DNA of 64,000 nucleotides from Bacillota bacterium (GTDB taxonomy: Bacteria > Bacillota > JAAYKD01): contig OY762825.2 of assembly GCA_963666425.2 (NCBI GenBank), forward strand, positions 672,001-736,000, given 5' to 3'. Of this stretch, positions 60,738-64,000 are shown one piece after another. The notes under the pieces are model-generated. The model did not search any database and had not been told where the DNA came from. It saw only the letters and a program-made list of their open reading frames with translations. Position numbers and translations under genes: made by a program. The number at the start of each line of letters is the position of its first letter. Position 1 is the stretch's first letter.

Positions 60738-62450
60738 CTACTTTCTATAATCAGGTTGACAGTAAAATTTGTTTAATGGTCTACCACGTAAATCAATATA
60801 AAAGCCACAGATTCCTATATCCACATTTCTAGATTGTTTCTTTTGTGACCATTTAGCAGTGCCAAATACTGTTATTTCTATATCTAAAGCTTCAAATTCG
60901 TCTGGCTGGTAACAAATTAACTCGCCCCATAAGCCAACGATCTCGTTTGTAAAGCCACTACTATTTGAAAATCTAATCATAAGCGCTTTAGTACCTTCTA
61001 CTCCATACCCCGTTGGTGCTATTACAGTTCCTAAGGTTAATAAGCATTCGGACGAAGCTATATGAATTGCCGCTTCAACGTCAAGCTTTGAAAATATTCC
61101 AAGATGTGGCAACATGAAATTTGTATCGACCATTAAATAAGTTAATCCAACAGGTTCAAAAGCATCAATCAGAATTTGCGCAGTCTGCCTTTTTTGTGGT
61201 GCATGTGAAAGAGCTCCTCCGGAACCAATAATTGTATTATAACTTTCAATTGTTACCTTTTGATCATGTTCGATTAATTCATTTTGAGCAAATACTTGCT
61301 TCTTATTTGATTTAGCGATTTCAACATGATCCACAAAAGCCAACCGTAAAGCTTCTCTGCAAACACTTTGCTCCACAAGTAATTCTTCCTCTGTTACCGG
61401 CAATTTTGTTGGTCTGATGAGCTTATTGCCAATGATATCCAACATTTCTTTACGTTCTATTCGCCCAGCAGGAAGCCAACGCTGCAAATTATCATAGCCG
61501 GCTATTGTTGTTACATGCCCAATACTATAACTCATACCGTAATTTGCACTAACCGTTCGATGTAGTTTTCCATCTAGGATTGAAAATACATCCGTTGTGG
61601 CACCTCCAATGTCAATACATAGAAGATTTTTATTCTTTTGTTTAGCATAAGCAGTCAATATCTCCCCAACTGCGACTGGTGTAGGTAACATTTCAATGGA
61701 TACGACCTCTTTTAACTGAGCATATCCTGGAGCGTGCTCCATTACATGCTCAATAAATAAACTATGAATTGCATTTCGGGTTGGCTCAATGTTTTCATCC
61801 TGAAAGGTTGGCCTTAGATTTTCTACCACTTTAACAGTAAACCGATCACCAAGAAGATCGTTCACCATGTCTACCGCTTTTGATGTACCGGCATATATGA
61901 TCGGCAGCGTATATTGGTATCCAAATTTCGATTTTGGTTGAGCTGACCGTATGAAATCACACATTTCAATGAGGAATAATCCTGGTTCAGCTCCTTCAAC
62001 ACCACCTGACAACAGGATAATATCAGGTTTAAGACTCCTGAGCTTCTCTAATCTCTGAAACAGACTTCTGCCATCGTCAGCTGAAAAAACATCTAAAAGT
62101 ACCGCGCCGCCACCCAAAGCTGCTCTTTGTGCACTTATAGCTGAAATCCTACCAACATGACCACAAACGACCATTTGCAGACCTCCGCCAGCTGAACTGG
62201 TAGAAAGATACTTAGCATTAATAATGTCAAAATGGTCAATGTCACCTTGAAGTAAAGATAAGTTACACTTTTTCTCCAATTGTTCAACCGAATTCCATAC
62301 TCCAATCATTACGTCATTATATGGGTTTTCGACTGTTGTCGAAGCTTCACCATGACTCACCAAACTCCATGCTCCATCTATTTCTTGGAAGAGTAAAGCC
62401 TTGGTTGTGGTACTTCCAATATCTGTAATTAATATATATTTTATACTCAA
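60738..62450 (-). CDS. GlmL/MutL-like (glutamate mutase L) ASKHA-fold ATPase
   Basis: DIGSTTTK, SSAGGGL, PDIILLSGG, MLPTP, DIGGATTDVFS, RTVSANYGMS; TTG start after AAGGAGG. Confidence 0.8.
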   Translation of the reverse strand: MSIKYILITDIGSTTTKALLFQEIDGAWSLVSHGEASTTVENPYNDVMIGVWNSVEQLEKKCNLSLLQGDIDHFDIINAKYLSTSSAGGGLQMVVCGHVGRISAISAQRAALGGGAVLLDVFSADDGRSLFQRLEKLRSLKPDIILLSGGVEGAEPGLFLIEMCDFIRSAQPKSKFGYQYTLPIIYAGTSKAVDMVNDLLGDRFTVKVVENLRPTFQDENIEPTRNAIHSLFIEHVMEHAPGYAQLKEVVSIEMLPTPVAVGEILTAYAKQKNKNLLCIDIGGATTDVFSILDGKLHRTVSANYGMSYSIGHVTTIAGYDNLQRWLPAGRIERKEMLDIIGNKLIRPTKLPVTEEELLVEQSVCREALRLAFVDHVEIAKSNKKQVFAQNELIEHDQKVTIESYNTIIGSGGALSHAPQKRQTAQILIDAFEPVGLTYLMVDTNFMLPHLGIFSKLDVEAAIHIASSECLLTLGTVIAPTGYGVEGTKALMIRFSNSSGFTNEIVGLWGELICYQPDEFEALDIEITVFGTAKWSQKKQSRNVDIGICGFYIDLRGRPLNKFYCQPDYRK

Positions 62451-62461
62451 AGTATCCCTCC

Positions 62462-63265
62462 TTAGCTTTCCGAGTTTATTATTCTTTTTTCCCAAAACTT
62501 CCTGTGGTCTCCATAAATTATCAAGCAACCTGTAAAATACTCATTGCTTGTTGTATGGAAGATTCTGGGTAGATACCGTTTCTTTGTCCGTCGAGTGGTA
62601 ACAATTTCTCTTTGCACTAGTTGCTCCCACAGAAGCTGACTGAATATTCGGAAAGATTCGATACTTTCATTGTCATGAAAAATATTTTTTTTAGACATGG
62701 CATATGAATCAATCAATTCTTTCGGCTTAATTGTTGAACAAACCCAACTATTCCATTGTGTATCAAATTTTTCTAAGTCAAGTAATGGCATAGTGATATC
62801 TCCAGCTCTCGTGATATCATGACCCAATTGAAGCAAAACATCATACGCTTTAGCGTAACGAATGACCTTTCCTTCATTGTTTAAAGAACGCATCATCTGA
62901 CAAAAGGACGGTAGTAACAACTCTTTAAATATCCTTCGTTCTTCCAATACTCCGGAAGTTGACAGTAATACTAGAAGAACATTTTTATGATATGGTACTG
63001 AAAAGCATAACCAAGGCATAGTATCTTCGGATGCTTTTTCAACTAATACAGATCGCAAAGAATCAGGGACAGAAAAAGAATGGATCCAACCTTGCCACAA
63101 AAGGACTTGGATACCAATAAATCCGACTAACGATGAAAAAACGGTTTCTTGATTCTCCATAAAATTTTCTCTTATACCTGATAAATCGGAAGACCAAGTT
63201 TCGGAAATTCTACCAGCTAAAGTCTGTAATTCTCTTTTATCAATCACTTTAACGATCCTCCTCAA
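62462..63265 (-). CDS. Hypothetical protein
   Basis: 267-aa ORF tightly packed between its neighbours; no recognised motif. Confidence 0.6.
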   Translation of the reverse strand: MRRIVKVIDKRELQTLAGRISETWSSDLSGIRENFMENQETVFSSLVGFIGIQVLLWQGWIHSFSVPDSLRSVLVEKASEDTMPWLCFSVPYHKNVLLVLLSTSGVLEERRIFKELLLPSFCQMMRSLNNEGKVIRYAKAYDVLLQLGHDITRAGDITMPLLDLEKFDTQWNSWVCSTIKPKELIDSYAMSKKNIFHDNESIESFRIFSQLLWEQLVQREIVTTRRTKKRYLPRIFHTTSNEYFTGCLIIYGDHRKFWEKRIINSES

Positions 63266-64000
63266 AAGGTATTAATATTCGGGGGCGTATAACACCCGCT
63301 CTAAATTGGGTAGCTCCATCAATAGAGATTTCCCTTCCACAGTGTTGCCTTAAATGCATATAGGTATTCAAATCCATGATTTGGCCAAATCCTTGCATAA
63401 TTATTATGGTAAAAGGAATTTCTAACCTATGACCATGCAACTCTAGGGGGTCTTCGTGACTGAATTGATGTAAAACATCCAAGTCAATTGAACCCAATAT
63501 AAGACCTTTTGCTTCAAAAATTGCTAATTGTTCAAGAGCAGTCAAATCTACTCCACCTCTATGAAGGATCACTTTATCCTTGACTACATCCGTTATTTGC
63601 TCCCCGGTCAAATCTGTAGTGGTATTCGAACAGATCATTAATTTTCCAACGTTTTCATTACCAAATCCTATCAGCCCTTGATACTCCTCACCATAGGATT
63701 CTATTGTCACTTCACCGTCCGCTAAGATGCCTTTCACCACTCCAGTCATGTGTGCGAAGAGTTCGGTGGATTGATATAAGGGAACTAAAACAAAATAACC
63801 TTCTGTCAAAGATACTTCCCGAATCCGCCCTACAGCCGGAGATATAATAGGCGGTTTCGTGTTATGTATAAGCACTCTACCCTTATCAACAATTGTACCT
63901 TGTTTTACCGTGATACCAGTAGTAAAAGTAATTTTTGAGATTCCTAATTCTTCTGCAGAAAACCTAATTGGTTCTTTCGGACCTGAAGGCAAAGGTTCAC
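63249..64000 (-). CDS. Hypothetical protein with barrel-sandwich-hybrid-like segments, 5' end outside window
   Basis: ISPAVGRI, AHMTGVV, YQGLIGFG, GATQFRAGVIRPRI; resembles uncharacterised partners of glmL-like genes. Confidence 0.6.
   Translation of the reverse strand, partial: EPLPSGPKEPIRFSAEELGISKITFTTGITVKQGTIVDKGRVLIHNTKPPIISPAVGRIREVSLTEGYFVLVPLYQSTELFAHMTGVVKGILADGEVTIESYGEEYQGLIGFGNENVGKLMICSNTTTDLTGEQITDVVKDKVILHRGGVDLTALEQLAIFEAKGLILGSIDLDVLHQFSHEDPLELHGHRLEIPFTIIIMQGFGQIMDLNTYMHLRQHCGREISIDGATQFRAGVIRPRILIPFEEDR

Overview
This window is a chromosomal segment from an anaerobic Bacillota (Firmicutes) bacterium, judged from polC, whiA, DUF896 and sigma-A-type promoters and RBSs. Most of it is housekeeping or metabolic: nadE/nadD, guaB, an iscR-iscS-iscU-trxB operon, a selenium-associated yedE/yedF/LysR cluster, panB, hut genes, polC and cob nucleotide-loop genes. 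The standout region is 33.3-37.7 kb, an intergenic array of seven co-oriented GTAG-type REP palindromes. Two near-identical 1.5-kb IS110-family elements have inserted into it at the same CT dinucleotide. The upstream non-coding end of each element holds a readable bridge RNA: its target-loop guides (ACCGTTCCCT, ATGTAG) match the REP insertion site and its donor-loop guides match the element's own circle junction. Joining the ends would rebuild a sigma-70/sigma-A promoter. Other oddities are an 83-bp triplication of the RBS and first 18 codons of a DUF5131 gene, a PolC with no proofreading exonuclease domain, a GH20-like protein missing its catalytic core, and an AT-rich GlmL-like block at the right edge. 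All calls come from reading motifs by eye; no database search or folding program was run.
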